DNA of 42,985 nucleotides from an uncultured Legionellales bacterium (GTDB lineage Bacteria; Pseudomonadota; Gammaproteobacteria; UBA1113): NCBI GenBank assembly GCA_964621215.1, contig CAZULF010000003.1, positions 1 to 42,985 of the forward strand, read 5' to 3'. Shown piece by piece: positions 42,917 to 42,985 of this stretch (position 1 is its first letter; each line of letters starts with the position of its first letter). The notes under the pieces were generated by a model. It saw only the letters and a program-made list of their open reading frames with translations, ran no database searches and was not told where the DNA came from. The position numbers and the translations under genes were made by a program.

Positions 42917-42985
42917 ATGACATTTATTACTTCTGAACTTAAACTCGACAATTATCGCCACAAACGCATCCTTATTACCGGCAGT
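42917..42985 (+). CDS. 5' end of an unidentified ORF, possibly a Rossmann-fold protein; truncated by the window
   Basis: ATG at 42917; MTFITSELKLDNYRHKRILITGS ends in an ILITG(S)-like nucleotide-binding beta1 motif. Only 23 codons are visible. Confidence 0.3.
   Translation, partial: MTFITSELKLDNYRHKRILITGS

Overview
This 43-kb chromosomal segment looks like a Legionellales-type gammaproteobacterium. That placement is an inference from gene content, eukaryotic-like domain proteins and PmrA-like promoter boxes; no search was run.

The housekeeping backbone is: pepN 3' end, an MFS transporter, a tRNA-Arg cluster, an ABC-2 exporter pair, cyoABCDE, a second MFS transporter, ldh-bkdA1-bkdA2-bkdB, purB, xseA, a thioredoxin-fold protein, grxD, sodB, argD, yciA, and rsmI / lpoA-yraN-diaA.

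Accessory genes are interspersed among these:
- An RI-type LRR protein and a eukaryotic-like Ser/Thr kinase follow cyoE on the same strand.
- A 361-aa orphan has catalytic motifs that by hand alignment resemble cyclodipeptide synthases. It is followed by a soluble PAS-histidine kinase with an HPt domain but no receiver.
- Two paralogous LuxR-type regulators without receiver domains flank an ankyrin-repeat protein.
- An orphan pair of 437 and 251 aa is present.
- An F-box-like protein and a HEAT-like repeat protein are transcribed divergently.

Two promoters, for luxR copy 2 and the HEAT-like gene, carry tandem TTAAT-type boxes with identical geometry to the published PmrA element.

Non-coding content is unusual:
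- Three families of palindromic REP/MITE-like elements occur at about 10 sites, including inside operons.
- One 156-bp MITE has a 10-bp target-site duplication and is nested in another element.
- One tRNA-Arg(ACG) copy carries a 73-nt hairpin-rich insertion in its T-loop.

No CRISPR array, transposase, integrase or rRNA was seen. The best candidates for something undescribed are the CDPS-like / HK-HPt / LuxR-solo neighbourhood and the effector-like gene pairs. All domain calls are hand motif recognition and need profile searches.
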